Assembly: GCF_009914755.1 (NCBI RefSeq)
Contig: NC_060925.1
DNA length: 64,000 nt
Strand: one strand, 5' to 3'
Origin: the human T2T-CHM13v2.0 reference genome, Homo sapiens
Numbering within the stretch: the stretch's first letter is position 1; each line of letters starts with the position of its first letter. The notes beneath the pieces were generated by a model. That model searched no databases. It had not been told where the DNA came from and saw nothing but the letters and a program-made list of their open reading frames with translations. Of this stretch, positions 14,946 through 31,931 are shown piece after piece. The translations under genes and the position numbers were made by a program.

Positions 14946-16409
14946 CCAAATTATTTAGCAATTTTGATTGACATTGGGGTGAAGTAGGAGGTTGGCCACT
15001 GGCAGGACTGGCCCAAATGAGTGTCTGAAACCTTCTAGAGACCACATGTAATCCATTTTCTTTCCCTATTATTTGGGACACCAAAAATTTGCTGCCATCT
15101 GAGAAGACTAAAGGAACTCTCAGCATCGTTTTGTAGCACCCACTGGAGCCCCTTAGGGATCCCGTGTGTGGTGCCTGCTCTGGCAACAGGGAGAGGTTTA
15201 TTTATTCGGTAACTATTTGTTGAAAACCTGTGTTGTGCTGATAGTCCCAAAGAAGACCCAGGCTGAGGAGGAAACACGTTAAATGGTGACAAATAGGACA
15301 AGCCAAATGCAGGCTCTCGGCCTGGCGGGTGCTGCACCCTTGTTGGAGCCGTGTCTCAAAGGTTCTGTGGGATTCGGACTTGGCGAGGGAGAGCGTTGCC
15401 GGCAGGGGCTCAGCGTCTGAGAAGTCCCATCACCAGGACATAGCAGCAAGATCCCCTGATGGGGACAGCCTGGGAGGAAGAGGACAGACTGGCAGGCGGG
15501 CCCGTGTGTGAGCATTGTGAATGCTGGGGAAGGCTGTGGGGGTGGGGAATGACAGGAGTTCCTGACTGGAGCAGAGAGGGTCAGACTTGCAACGCTTTTC
15601 AGAATGAAATATCCAACCCAACTCAGTGATTGGATTCTGCGGTATAACTTCACATTGTCAAGAATATTCAACCAGAAAAATAAAATGCCTCTGACACACT
15701 CTTCTGTTCATGGACTTACCTACAGAAGAGAAGAAAAAACTCTCTTCTCAGCAGTTCTTGCCTATTTCTCAGCAATCTCCTAATACAATTGCTGTATTTG
15801 ATTTTATGCATTGTTTGTGCCTGCAAATAACATACATCCTGTTTCCAAAAGCTGTCGTCTCCCCTAGGGTTCCAAAGAGGAGTGTTCGCTTAGCAGTTTC
15901 TGCCTGAGCTCCTGGGGTCCCAGGCTAGGGTGGTCTGGACAGGGGCTACAGAGAAGACCTTTTGGTCCTCAGCCCAGGTGACACCCACGGGTGAGTCAGA
16001 TTTGAACCAGACTCTGGATGCAATTATAAGGAGCATTGTAGAGCAGTAGCCATGATTTCCTCTTCAGGAATAAAGACCCAGTCTCAACAAGGTGCCAGCC
16101 TCCTGAAGGGCGTGGAAAGAACCCTTGCGGGGCACCGAAGCCACTGATTCACATTCGCTGCGGAGTTTCCCTGAGACTGTCCTTCTTGCTCTCAAGTTGG
16201 CAGAATTGTCTATTGGAGAGCTTCCATAAAAAGCCCACCTAAATGGAGGCGAGATTAAAAGAGATGTTGTCTTGTATAACAAGAAATCCAAAGGTGATGG
16301 GATTCCACGTTGATCCTGGGGCTTGACATTGCTGTGGACAAACTGCTCCCTATCCGAGCGCCCCTCCCCTCCATCCCCTCCCACCGTGGTTCATTTAGTA
16401 CAGTGGGTG

Positions 16410-16769
16410 CTCGGGTCTCCGTCTGTTCACGTTGCTGTAAAGGAATATTGGAAACGGTAGGTTATTTGGCTCATGGTTCTGCAGGTCGTACGAGGAGCAT
16501 GGCTCCAGCGTCTGCTTCTGGGGAGGCCTCAGGAAGCTTCCACTGGTGGTGGAAGGCAGAGGGGAGCAGGCATGGCATGGCGAGGGGGGCGGGAGGAGCC
16601 AGGCTCTTTTCAACAATCAGTTCTCACTCACTCCTGTGATAATGGCACCAAGCCATTCAGGAGGAACCCACCCCCACAGTCCAAACACTTCCACCACGCC
16701 TCACCTCCAACATTGAGGGTCAGAGTTCAACATGAGACTTGAAGTGGACAAACGTCTAACATTTATCAC
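16410..16769 (-). mobile_element. MST (MaLR) solo LTR
   Basis: ttggctcatggttctgcagg...gcttctggggaggcctcaggaagctt...caacatgaga motifs. Confidence 0.75.
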
Positions 16770-16847
16770 TGAACAGACCTGGAGCGTGCTGCCTCCTGTG
16801 CATCTTTGTTTTTTGACTTAGGGAAGATGCACCTTTGCCAGTGACCA

Positions 16848-16927
16848 CCCCACCCCTTAGTCTCCCCACCCCTTAGTCTCCCCACCTCTTAGACTCCCCA
16901 CCCCTTAGACTCCCCACCTCTTAGTCT
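16848..16927. repeat. 16-bp minisatellite (CCCCACCCCTTAGTCT) x5
   Basis: Direct reading. Confidence 0.9.
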
Positions 16928-17189
16928 TCCCGGGTCGCACTGCCCAGAGCCGGGTCCTTGGGAAGCCGGGAAGCAGTCACCTCCCACCTCCTCCCATGTC
17001 ATGGAAGTGGGTTTTGCTGGCAAGGAGGACAGGGAAGGGATGACTACTCATTGAGCAGCCCAGTGCCCACCACACTTGCCATCACTGGAAGAATTCTGGC
17101 AGCAGCAGATGGACAGGGGTGGCAGCGTGGTCTCAGGATTCCTTCATCCTAAGAGAGGCAGTCGCAGACCCTGTTGAGCCCCTTCACCC

Positions 17190-17600
17190 TGTTGATGCCA
17201 TGGACTCCTTTGGCGTGAGCCATCAACTCAGGGCCTCCTCTCAGAAGGTGTTCAAATGAATAAAACACATTGATTACATGGGATTACAAAGAAGTCTAAT
17301 TATACCAAGACACAGTTATCAAAATATTTTCCTAATATGTGCTTCTTAATGCATTAAATAACAAGTCTTCCTGTCTAATTGCTGCCATAATTTAAAGTAG
17401 TGATGAGCATAAACAATGTTTTGAAAAAGCTACAATAATTAATGTGATGAAAATATCTGTGATTTTTTAATTAGTGACAAAGTTCCTATTTTGTTGTCGA
17501 CATTCGTTGTAGAGTGTTCCATTTCAGTTGGAGGTTGTGAAAATAACAATATCATTTTTCCCATCTAAGTTGCTGGACCCCCTAAATTCTAAGCATCTCC
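17190..17600. mobile_element. Degenerate hAT-Charlie-like fragment
   Basis: ggattacaaag...cagttatcaaaatattt resembles a Charlie-family internal sequence. Confidence 0.35.
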
Positions 17601-18853
17601 ATGTCGGTGAGATGCATGGTCCCCACTGTCCTGGAGCCTCCGTGACTTTGTCATCTCCCTGCTGCAGGGTCAAAGGGGTGTTCTCCAGCGCCCAGGCAGC
17701 TGCCCAGAGCTCTAATCCTGATTCCAAGAGCAAAAACGGGAACAGACCGCCCTTGAGGACAGGCGCTGCTGGAGCCAAGAGACTCACAGTCGGTCACCTG
17801 ATTTGCATTTATATTGAGAAATCACAGCTGGAGGGTACCCTGGCAGATGGGTGAGGCTGAGCCACTCAGGCTCTAGGGAAGCCACGCTGTCCTCACAGTG
17901 CCCACCCATTGATCTGTGACACGTGGGCCAAGGGGCGTGGGATTTTGCTGGTCAGCTTCTCTCCCTATTGAAGCCGCATGGGAAGGAAGTGGGCAGAAGA
18001 CTGCTCGGCAAGCAAGGAGCCAGAGTACTGAATGCAAGGACCTTCACAAAGTGCCTCTTGAGGTGGAAAGACGGAGGCGTTTCTGCGCCGCTGCGTGGCC
18101 TCAGCCACGAAACTGTCATTCGGAGACTGCTTGGCCTGGACTCCAGCTCAGGATATGCAGGGTGGGTGCTGCCTGATGCCTCATCTGGGCCTGCCAGGTC
18201 TGCGGCAGGAGGGCGGGTAGGATGGGAAGGAGCCCATCCTGGGACAGAGCATGTAAATGCATAGCCACCACTGTCGGGTGCCACACAGGAGTGAAGTCCA
18301 GGAGTGAAAAGAAACACTTGAGGGAAAGGAAGAGGGGCGAACAGAGGAGGTGGCACTGGGTGCGGCTTCTCAGGCCCTGGAATGGGTGTCCCACCCTTCA
18401 AATAACCTCTCATCTCTACACAAAGACGTTACCCCCATTTTACCCCTGGGGAAACTGAGGCTCTGATCAGCTAAGTCATTTGCCTAATTTACCCACACAG
18501 TGCCAAGTTAAGCACCCAGGCTGTGATGGTCCTCTTCCTGGTCCGGTGGGGACACGGGGACAGGAGGTGATGGGAAGTGAAATGGGCCTTTGGTCGTAGC
18601 CAGGGGAGGGGCAGTGACTCCCGTTGCTAACAGGGAAAGCTGGAGTCGCCTCCGCCCGCCGGCTCATGAGGGCTGGAGGGGAGGAGTCAGGAGACTCAGG
18701 GGTGGGAGAGATGGGCTCCACCGCTGCATCCTGCCACCCACCACCTGTGTCACCATGGGATGTCACTGAACCTGCTCTGTGAAATGGGAACCCTTCTGTT
18801 CACCCTGGAAAATCATTGTCAAGATCAGAGAGGAAGCACGAAAAGTGCCTCCT

Positions 18854-19119
18854 GGCCATGCAGTGGCTCCACCTGCAATCCCAGCACTTGAGGAGGCCAA
18901 GGCAGGAGGATTGCTTGAGTCCAGGAGTCTGAGACCAGCCTGGGCAACATAGTGAGACTCCCATCTCTACAAAATAATAATAATAATAAGCTGGGCATGG
19001 TGATGCACCCCTGTGGTTGGGCTACTCGGGATGGCTTGAGCCCAGGAGTTTGAGGCTGCAGTGAGCCATAATTGCACCACTGTACTCCAGCCTGGAGCAA
19101 GACCCTGTCTCAAAAAAAA
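18854..19119 (+). mobile_element. AluJ
   Basis: Alu consensus. Confidence 0.85.
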
Positions 19120-20004
19120 TTTTTTTTAATTTGCGCTCTGATCTAGGCCAGCCCAGAGCTGCAGCCCGGCCCATGAGCCTCCCCAGCTTTCCCGGCAGGT
19201 CTGTGGGCCGTCCAGAAGGAAAGGGACTGGAGCAGGGGAGCCAATGGGATTTCCACATCTGCCAAGTCTTCAGGGAATGTGGGATGGCACGGGGACCCGG
19301 GAAATAAGGGTGGAGGTGTCAGCCCTGCATTTTTACAGCCTAGAAGTGACGTCAGAGACCACCAGAGAGGGGGACGGCAGAGAGAGGGAGGACAGGGGCC
19401 TGGAAACACAGATCCACACACAGGCTGGAAAGGACCGAGCAAGACACTGCTGGCTGGGCAGAGGCAGCTGGAAGGAAAGGAAGGAAGGTGCGGGACAAAC
19501 GAGGCTGCCCCACGGCCCGAGCCAGAGCACAGTGAGCTCTGGGAAGAGGTACCTGGATTTTTGGCAACAAGGAAGTTGGTCCGATGCCAGCAGGTGAGGA
19601 GCATCCTCCTCATGTGAGGAACACGGGGCTGGAGCAGGGGAGGACAGGGTGTGTGGCCACTGGTTCAGGTGGGGATGTCTGGGACGGACCTGAGAAGCTG
19701 AGGCTGATGGGACAGCGAGGGGACAGAGAACTCTCCGGAAACTTCTGGCTCCGGGGCAGAGGGCCGAGCTAAGGGGTGGCATGGGTAGCCACTGTTTCCC
19801 TCCCACTCCCCCAGCCCCCTGCACTGGGGATTTTGAGGCTGTCTGCACTTCATATGTTTGAGAGAAACCCACGATTGTAGAGCTGAAGATGTAGAATTTG
19901 GCCCGCAGGTAACCGCACACCAACCAGGACCAGCCCTGCTCATGAGCTTCACTGCGGCACCCATTTCATCACACAAGGGGCCAACCAGAGGCCAATTCAG
20001 GAGA

Positions 20005-20351
20005 TGTCAATGTCTGTGTGCCTCCACCCCAAAATTCATATATTGAAATCCTAACCCCCAAGGCAATGATATTAGGAGGTGGGGTCTTAGGGAGGTGGGC
20101 AGGTCATGAGGATGGCCCTGATCCAGTCTGACTGCTGTGCTTATAAGAGATGATGACACAGACCCACACAAAGGGGCGGCCACGTGTGGACGCAGGGAGA
20201 AGACAGCCGTCCCACGCCATGGAGAGGCTTCAGGAGCAACCAACCCTGCAGACACCTTGATCCTGGACTTCCGGCATCCGGGGCTGTGCGTTGTGCAAGC
20301 CCCCCCGAGCCTGCACTGTTTTGTTCTGGCAGCTCCAAGCTGACTCATACA
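20005..20351 (+). mobile_element. MLT1A/B-like MaLR LTR
   Basis: caaaattcatatattgaaatcctaacccccaa...accaaccctgcagacaccttgatcctggacttcc...gctgactcataca. Confidence 0.75.
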
Positions 20352-20789
20352 AGCCCAGAGCCCTCGCAATTCCCACACGCCACATGCATGGCTCAGCTGC
20401 ACCTCCTGCCAGCTCCAAACCTCACGGCACAGGGTACACACTTGTGTGTCCATATGGTCAGCTTTCAGCACTGGACAGGGCTTCTAAGGTCCCATCCCAT
20501 GACATGCTCCCCTCACCTGGGTCCTCCTTCTGACACTCCCAACATGTGTTCTGGCATCAGCTGGGGGGCCATGCTTGTGCTGGGAGCTTAGAAGATGAGA
20601 GCTAATGTTCACTGGGCACCTGCCATGCTCCAGAAATGATGCCAGCTTCTCATTCAGGGCTCACTTCCACCTTTCAACAGACGGACCAAGTAGGACTTAG
20701 AAAGCTTAAGGCATATGTGAGTCATGTCAGAACAGGAATTTGAACCCAGCTCTCAAACTTCAAAGCCCTGTTCTTTGTATGACACTTGT

Positions 20790-21762
<973 letters not shown>

Positions 21763-22062
21763 GAGGCACAAGGCACTTAGTTCAGGCCGTGGCTAGTTTA
21801 GACAATAGGGATTGCCCACACTTCATACCAAAGGGTTATTACTGAGTTGCATGGCGGCCTGGAGAAGCGGTAGTGGGTAGGGCTCAGGTTGTGGTTCTGG
21901 GGCCGGACTGCTTGGTTCATGGCCTCAGGTCCGCTATTCCTGTGCCCTTGGATGCTTCATGGCTCGGATGTGGACCCTGTTACATGACCTCAGTCTCACC
22001 ATCTCCGTTCTCTGTGCTCAGCTTCCTCCTCAGTTAAATGGGGAAATGAAATTCACAAAGTT

Positions 22063-22397
<335 letters not shown>

Positions 22398-22915
22398 TTA
22401 GAGCCTTGGGGTGGTGAGATTCTCTCACTCCCCCTCTACCATGACCTGCTTCGTCAGAAAACCATTCCCCCTTCTGCTGCTTGAAGGGGTTTAATACCAT
22501 GGATCTGCACCTCGTAGTTTCAATTTGGAATTTTTTAGTTCAGAGGACTTTGAGTGACAGACATTCTAAAAATCAAAGTAGGTAACAAAATGAATAAGGG
22601 TTGCAGAGAGTATTCAAATGCAGACAGTGAGAGCTCATGGAGGTGAAGAATCAGGCCTTGATCTGCACAGTTACCCAGAAAGTAGAATCCCTCATGGATG
22701 CTGAGCTTGGGGCTGAGGCTGCCAGCTCCCTCTCTGCACTTTAGAAACAGGTCTGCATGTAACCCACCTAAACACAGCCCTCTAACCTCTCTGTTCTTCT
22801 TCTCCTGGATGAAAGATTTGGGTGATGAATAAAATGATAGTCTGGGCCACCCTTTTCCACCTCACCTGAAAGGCCAGGAAATAGAACTAAGAAGTGTGTT
22901 TAAGGAATCATTTTA

Positions 22916-23247
<332 letters not shown>

Positions 23248-23315
23248 TCAGACACTTAATTGCTTTGTTTGTGCTAACTCTTTAAGGAAGCGGCTGGGTA
23301 TAGGGCCAGCTCCCT

Positions 23316-23490
23316 GGGGGGAGCGGTGAAGTGGGGAGTGGTGAAGTGGGGAGCAGTGACGGTGAGGGGGAGGGGGGAGCGGTGAGGGAGGGAAGCGGTG
23401 TGGGGGGAGCGGTGAGGTGGGGAGCGGTGAGGCGGGGAGCCGTGAATGGGGGAGCGGTGAGGGGGCAAGTGGTGAAGCGGGGAGTGGCAG
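23316..23490 (+). repeat. G-rich minisatellite (GGGGAGCGGTGA core, ~11 copies)
   Basis: Direct reading. Confidence 0.9.
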
Positions 23491-23929
23491 GTCCTCCTCT
23501 ACGGTGGCTGTTCTCTGCCCCTCACCCTGGGGTGCTGCTCTGCCGCCCGGCTCCTCACACTCTCCCTTGGATTCGAATGACAGCGTGACCTCGGGTCCCC
23601 TATTCCTGTGCCCTTGGATGCTCCAAGCAGGTGAGGAAAGGGAGGAAATAGGTTCTTGGGGCTCTAGCCACGTCAGGTGAATAGAATCAGGAAATGTCCA
23701 CCATGTCCTCTTCCTGCTGCCAGGGATAGCAGGGCTCCTGAGAAGGACACCGCATCCCGGCGAGGCGAGGTCGGAGAGGGGGCCGGGGCACAGCTGCCAG
23801 AGTGATGGGCGCTCTTGTCTGTCAAAAGCCCCTTTTCATAATGGCCGTTCTGGGAGAAGAGAAGCTCAGGCTGGCAGCTTGGGTCTCACATACCTGACTG
23901 ACTGTCATTAATTGCCTCTCGCAGGCTCT

Positions 23930-24128
23930 TGCCCTCTCCACCTCTCTCTCTTTCCTTCTCCCTCCCTCTCTCTCTCAACCTGCCTCTCTCTTTCCCTCCT
24001 CTCTCTCTCTCAACCTCTCTTTCCTGCTCCCTCTCTCTTTCCCTCTCCCTCTCTCTCTTTCTCCCTCCCTCCCTCTCTCTCTCAACCTGCCTCTCTCTTT
24101 CCCTTCCTCTCTCTCCTTCTCTTGCTCT
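23930..24128 (+). repeat. ~200 bp (CT)-rich polypyrimidine tract
   Basis: Direct reading; recurrent ctctctctcaacct(g) unit. Confidence 0.9.
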
Positions 24129-25930
24129 AAAAATTCAGATGTTTTCTCCCCAAACACATTTTTTCTTTGTTTGTTTTTGTTTTTGTTTTAATTTTAGCCA
24201 AGTTAGTCCCAGAGGCAGCAAATCCAAATCGTGAGGCCGTCTCAGGGGTGCATTATTCTAGGGAGGGCCTCTCTGACGTGTCCATGGGAGACACCCTTAG
24301 AGCAAGGAGCGGATGGGAAAGCTCATGGACACAGCCTGCATGTCAGCGGCCTTTCCAAGAGCTGTTGCCTGGGCAATGAAATGGAGAGATTTTGAAAAGC
24401 CTCTCTCAGCGTGTCCACACCTGTCCTGCTAGCACGCCACCTGTGGTGTTATTAAAATCACTTGTCCTGTGGCGGCTGCTGCTACAATATGTGTCTCCCA
24501 GAGGGGAGAGCCACAGTTCATTAACCTGATTATTAAGCTTCATTAACTTGACTCATCCACTACTAACTAACCCTGCACTGCCCTGAGAATCAGATGATGG
24601 CCTCACAGGCAGCAAGAGAAGGCAGAGACCCAGAGAGCCAGATGCACCCGTGTCCGTGTGTGGATCAGGCAGCATGCTCTAGTGGAAGGCACCTGTGCTC
24701 CCGATGCCTGGCTGGACTCTTCGGGTGGGTCACACTGCCATCCTGGAGATGAAGAGCCCCCTCCAATAAGCTTGTCAATGCTTTTCCCTGAGAGCTTTGT
24801 ATGAAGGCATCCTCCTGTTAGGAAAACACACAGATGTTCACTGCCCTCAGGATTAAACCACGTGCACGCTGGCATCCAGGCTGGGACACACTGGCATTCA
24901 GCCTGGGAGGCTCTGAGCACCCAGGACGTGGGATTTGAGGCAGAGGAGTCAGTGAACAGGGGGAACCAGCAGATGGGCATCAGTGAGCAGCTGAACGCAG
25001 CTGGAGAGAAAGGAGAAGCTAAGCCCGAGAATGGACGCCAGCCCCATCACCCTCTCGGCCTGAGGATGCTGGATTTGCTGTGGTGCTGTCATTGTGGAAG
25101 GAGACAGATCCCAGGAACTTTCATACCAGGAGGCCTGTGTCAACCTGCCTCTCTCCTCCTTCTGCAGGGACTATGCTGGCCTCTTCAAAGTCTAGGTCTT
25201 TCCAACCATCGTTTGTGGAAAGACTTTATGGCAAGGAGCACGCAAGAGGCAGCAGACAGGGACGTCATTCATGTGAGAATCTGTAGTGTCTCCCCATGGG
25301 AAAGCCTGCTCTTTGGAGAGGGCAGGATGACCATAGAATTGCTCAGACTCGGTGGCCTGGCAGGTGCTGTGAGCAAACAGGTAAACAGCTTCAGGACAGG
25401 AGCCTTCAATCCCTTATCCTGCTCCCAAGCATTCGGGGAGAGGGGCCCTAGAGAGAGACTGGAAAGGGTACAATGTGCTCAAGGAATGAAATGGCTTGTG
25501 GAGGGCTGCCCAGAGATGGTGGGTCCAGTTCAAATCAGTTCTGCCTCTGTTCATAATCCCACCCACACCAGGCATCAGCCGGAGCTGACCTGCAGGCCAG
25601 AAAGAAAGAAGGGGCCAGAAAGTTTAGTTCCATAAGGGCCAGATGGCCTGAGCAATGCCCATCAGTCAGACTTGTCTTGGGGATTGCTAAGATACAACTG
25701 TGCTGAAAGTGTTATACTTTTAGTAAAAAAAAATACATTCTGAGGCTGGGCGCGGTGGCTCATGCCTGTCCTCCCAGCGACTCAGGAGGCCAAGGCAAGA
25801 GGATCACTTGAGGCCAGGAGTTCAAGACCAGCTTGGGCAACACAAGACCTCATCTCTACAAAAATAAGCAAACAAATAGATACACTTTGATACAGTTGAT
25901 ACAATAATATCAACTGACACTTGGATAGTA

Positions 25931-25994
25931 TTAGGTTGGTGCAAAAGTTATTGGGGTTTTTGCCATTATGTTTAATAACTTTTGCACCAACCTA
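25931..25994. mobile_element. MADE1 (Hsmar1-derived MITE), internally deleted
   Basis: TTAGGTTGGTGCAAAAG...CTTTTGCACCAACCTA terminal inverted repeats flanked by TA. Confidence 0.92.
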
Positions 25995-26562
25995 TATTTA
26001 TAGTAGACTGAATAATTGCCACGCAAAGATGTTAGGTCCCAATCTCTCATATAGAGCCATGAGCCCATTGGGTGGAGCCCAAGCCATAGACGGTTATCAC
26101 CAGCCCCGAGCCCTAATGGAACGTGCCCTAATGGAACTCCTGCCCTGCTGGAGTCCTTCATTGCGTGAGACTCATGACTCCTTTCTTCCTTTCACTGTTC
26201 CCTTTTGGAATGGGAGAGTCTATCATTGTTTCGCTGTTATACCACACCTGTTATACCACATTGCTTTTGGAATAAATTGATTTTCTAGTTTCACAGGTCC
26301 AGAGATAGGAAGGAATTTTTTTCCAGGATGAATCAGATCCAGAGTCTAACCCATATCTTAATCAGATGCTGTGATTTGGAATTTCTGAGTTAATGAGATT
26401 TAGATGAGATTTTGGACATGAGTTGATTGTAGTGGATTGAGACTTTTGGGAACATTGAAATGGGGTAAATATATTTTGCATGTGGAACAGACATGAATCT
26501 TTGGAGACCCAAGGGAGGACTCTGGTAGGCTGAATAATGGCCTGACCAAAGATATTAAGGTC

Positions 26563-27247
26563 TGTTATCCAAAAGGCCATCAGAATGGCTCACTAGTAGG
26601 AAGGAGAGCTATATTGGTAGCATCAGCTTGCAAACTGGGAAGAGATCATCTCCAGTGTGGACTGAAGGTGCGCTCTTCAGAGGGGAACGGAGAGGCTGGG
26701 TTTTATGCCTAACGAGGTCTGCATTACCCCAAAAAACAATACATATTCAGCAGGTTTGGGGGAGACGCTATGCATGTTTATGAGGGGAGTTGAGCACATG
26801 TGCAATGGGTAACCATATATATAACATACATCCCATGCTCATTTTGGGGCAAGGTTTTAGCATTAAAATGAGGTGGCATTTGGCTCAAGTCAGAAGGTGA
26901 ACTATATGACACAAAGTTTGTGCGCAGCCCTATAAGCTGCTGAAACTGGCTTCAAGTCTGCAGGTGTTTATCAGAAAAGAACATTTGTAAGGCTGGTCCT
27001 CTGTCCAACAGAGTTGTTGTGGTCTGGGGTATAAAGCCGAGTGAGGCAGGATCTGATCATTTGCCTGATAGCTTCTATTGTTAGGGAGTTTTGCAAGACA
27101 GTGGTTTTCCTTGCAGCCATAAGAATTTAGAAATTTTCCATGCCAGCTGGGCCCCGAACCCTCAACTCCTAGGTACCTTTTGTTTCTTTAACCTCAGGGT
27201 CTGTCTTAGTTGATAAAGGGGTGTCTATTTTGGTTTCTCAGATCACA
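26563..27247 (-). mobile_element. MER39-like ERV1 solo LTR with 4-bp TSD
   Basis: TG...CA ends, TSD GGTC at 26559-26562 and 27248-27251; reverse complement has accaaaatagacacccctttatcaactaagac. Confidence 0.8.
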
Positions 27248-27390
27248 GGTCCTAATTTCTAGAGCCTTAAATGTTATCTTATAAGGAAAAATATTCTTTG
27301 CAATTATTATTATCTTGACATGGAGAGATGATCCTGGATTATTCAAATGGGCTCTCAATCCAACCATAAGTGTCCCTATAAAAGAGAGAC

Positions 27391-27690
27391 AGGCTGGGCA
27401 CTGTGGCTCCCACCTGTCACTCCCAGTACTCTGGAAGGCTGAGGAAGGAAGATCACTTGAGCCCAGGAGTTCGAGACCAGCCTATCCAACACAGTGAGGT
27501 TCCTTCTCTACAAAAAAATTAAAAATTAAAAAATGAGCCAGGTGTGGTGGCACATTCCTGTAGTACCTACTACTCAGGAGGCTGAGGCAGGAGGATCACT
27601 TGAGACCAGGAGGTTGAGGCTGCAATGAGCCACGTTTGAACCATTGCCCTCCAGCCTGGGCAACAGAGCAAGACCCTGCCTCAAAAAGAG
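27391..27690 (+). mobile_element. AluJ
   Basis: Alu consensus inside the MLT1 LTR. Confidence 0.85.
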
Positions 27691-27958
27691 AAAGACAGAG
27701 GGAGATTTTACACACAGAGAAGAGAAGGGAATGTGAAGATGGCGGCATAGATTGGAGAGATACGTCTGCAAGCTAAGGAACACCAGGAAACGCCGGCAGC
27801 CCCTGGGAGTGAGAAAAGGTGAAGAACAGATTCTCCCTGAGTCTCTGTAGGGAGTGCAGCCTCAGAAGCCTGGCCTCCAAAATTGTGAACATTTCTGTAT
27901 TGGTTGTCTCTTATGGGTTATTGTTGGTTATTGTCTCTTATGGGTTATTGTTGTCTTA

Positions 27959-30611
<2,653 letters not shown>

Positions 30612-31413
30612 GATAAAGAACCCAGGGCTCAAGGGGAACCCACGATTGCTCAAGATCATCGTCAATAACAGAGCTTGGTGGAAATTCACAAGTACTGACT
30701 CCACGGCCAGAGATCGTCTCTCCACTGGAGAGCGACTTCCTCCCTCTGGGTATGTGGCCTGTCAGTTTGACAACCAGGCCCTGCCTCCACTCCTTTAAAT
30801 GCAGGGTCAGCCTGAGGGAGGGAAGAGGCAGAAAAAGGGCCCAGAGGTGCCAGATCTTCCTACAGTGGCCCTGTGCCAGGCCGTTCACCCAGAGGGAGGG
30901 TCTGCCTTCCATGTGCATCCCAACTGTCCTTTCTTTCTGTGTCTCCACCCTGGCTGTGAGGCTCTTCCCAGCAGACAGATCACAATGGACCTGTCCCTGT
31001 TATGATCCTTTGTTTGGTGACAGATAAACTGGGCAAAGTCTAAAGGCTGCCCCTGAGACAGTACTCACGATTACAATGATTTTTCCAGCCGCGTCATCCT
31101 TTTAAACTTTCATTTGACTTCCTGTTCCTCACGAGCACAGGGAGAAATGAGGGCTCCGTTCCTTGAACCAGAAACACAAAAGGGAGTTCTCCAAGCTGAT
31201 CTGTGCCTGTGCATTTGGCAAGGACAAAAGCAGATGCTCTGATGTGACTGTTTCCTGGTTCTTCCTCTTTGCATTGAAACCTGCTCTCTCCGCTCTTCGG
31301 CAAATTCGCCCCGAGGAAGTAAGGTGCTGGGCACCTGTCACCACTGTATTGACTTGAAACTCCTGAATGTGCCCACTGCCCTCAGAATCCCTCCGGGGCC
31401 TGAAATCACCTCC

Positions 31414-31931
31414 ATATTGATTTCTTGTTGCTGCTGTAACAAATGACCTCAAACTTGGTGGCTGCAACAACACAAATGTAGTACCTTACAGCTCTGGAGG
31501 TCAGAAGTCTGACACGGCCTCCCTGGGTGAAAGTAAAGGTGTCTGTAGGGCTGCAGTCCTTTCTGGAGGCTCTGAGGGAGGATTCCACTTCACACTGTGC
31601 CCAGCTTTTAGAGGTGTCCATGCCCCTTGGCTTATATCCCCCCGTCCATCATCAAAGCCAGCAACGTTGCACCTCCTGCGTTCTTCACAGCCGTGTCTCC
31701 GCTATAAACACAGCTGGGAAAGGTTCTCACTCACAAGGACCCTTGTGATGACACTGCACCCACAGGATATTCCAGGGTCCTCTCCCTGCCTCACAGACGG
31801 CTGATTGCAACCTGAACTCCTCTGCTACCTGAATTCCTGTTTGCTGTGAAAAGTAACATAGGCTTAGGTCCTGGGGATTAGGAGGTGAGCCTCTTTGTTT
31901 CGGGGTCGGGGCTCCTCGTTCTGCCCACCAC
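31414..31931 (-). mobile_element. MLT1-family MaLR LTR
   Basis: gctgctgtaacaaatgacc.caaacttggtggct...tctggaggtcagaagtc...ctgcccaccaca. Confidence 0.75.

Larger units (their letters stand above)
25999..27930 (+). mobile_element. Deleted MLT1C/D-like MaLR provirus (LTR stub, internal end, 3' LTR) hosting MER39 and AluJ
   Basis: LTR start motif twice (~26000, ~26523), purine tract before the second; the LTR resumes after each insertion. Confidence 0.65.

Noticed and set aside
24862-25635. 257-aa plus-strand ORF
   Set aside because: GTG start, no recognisable domain or splice structure; compatible with chance in GC-rich DNA.
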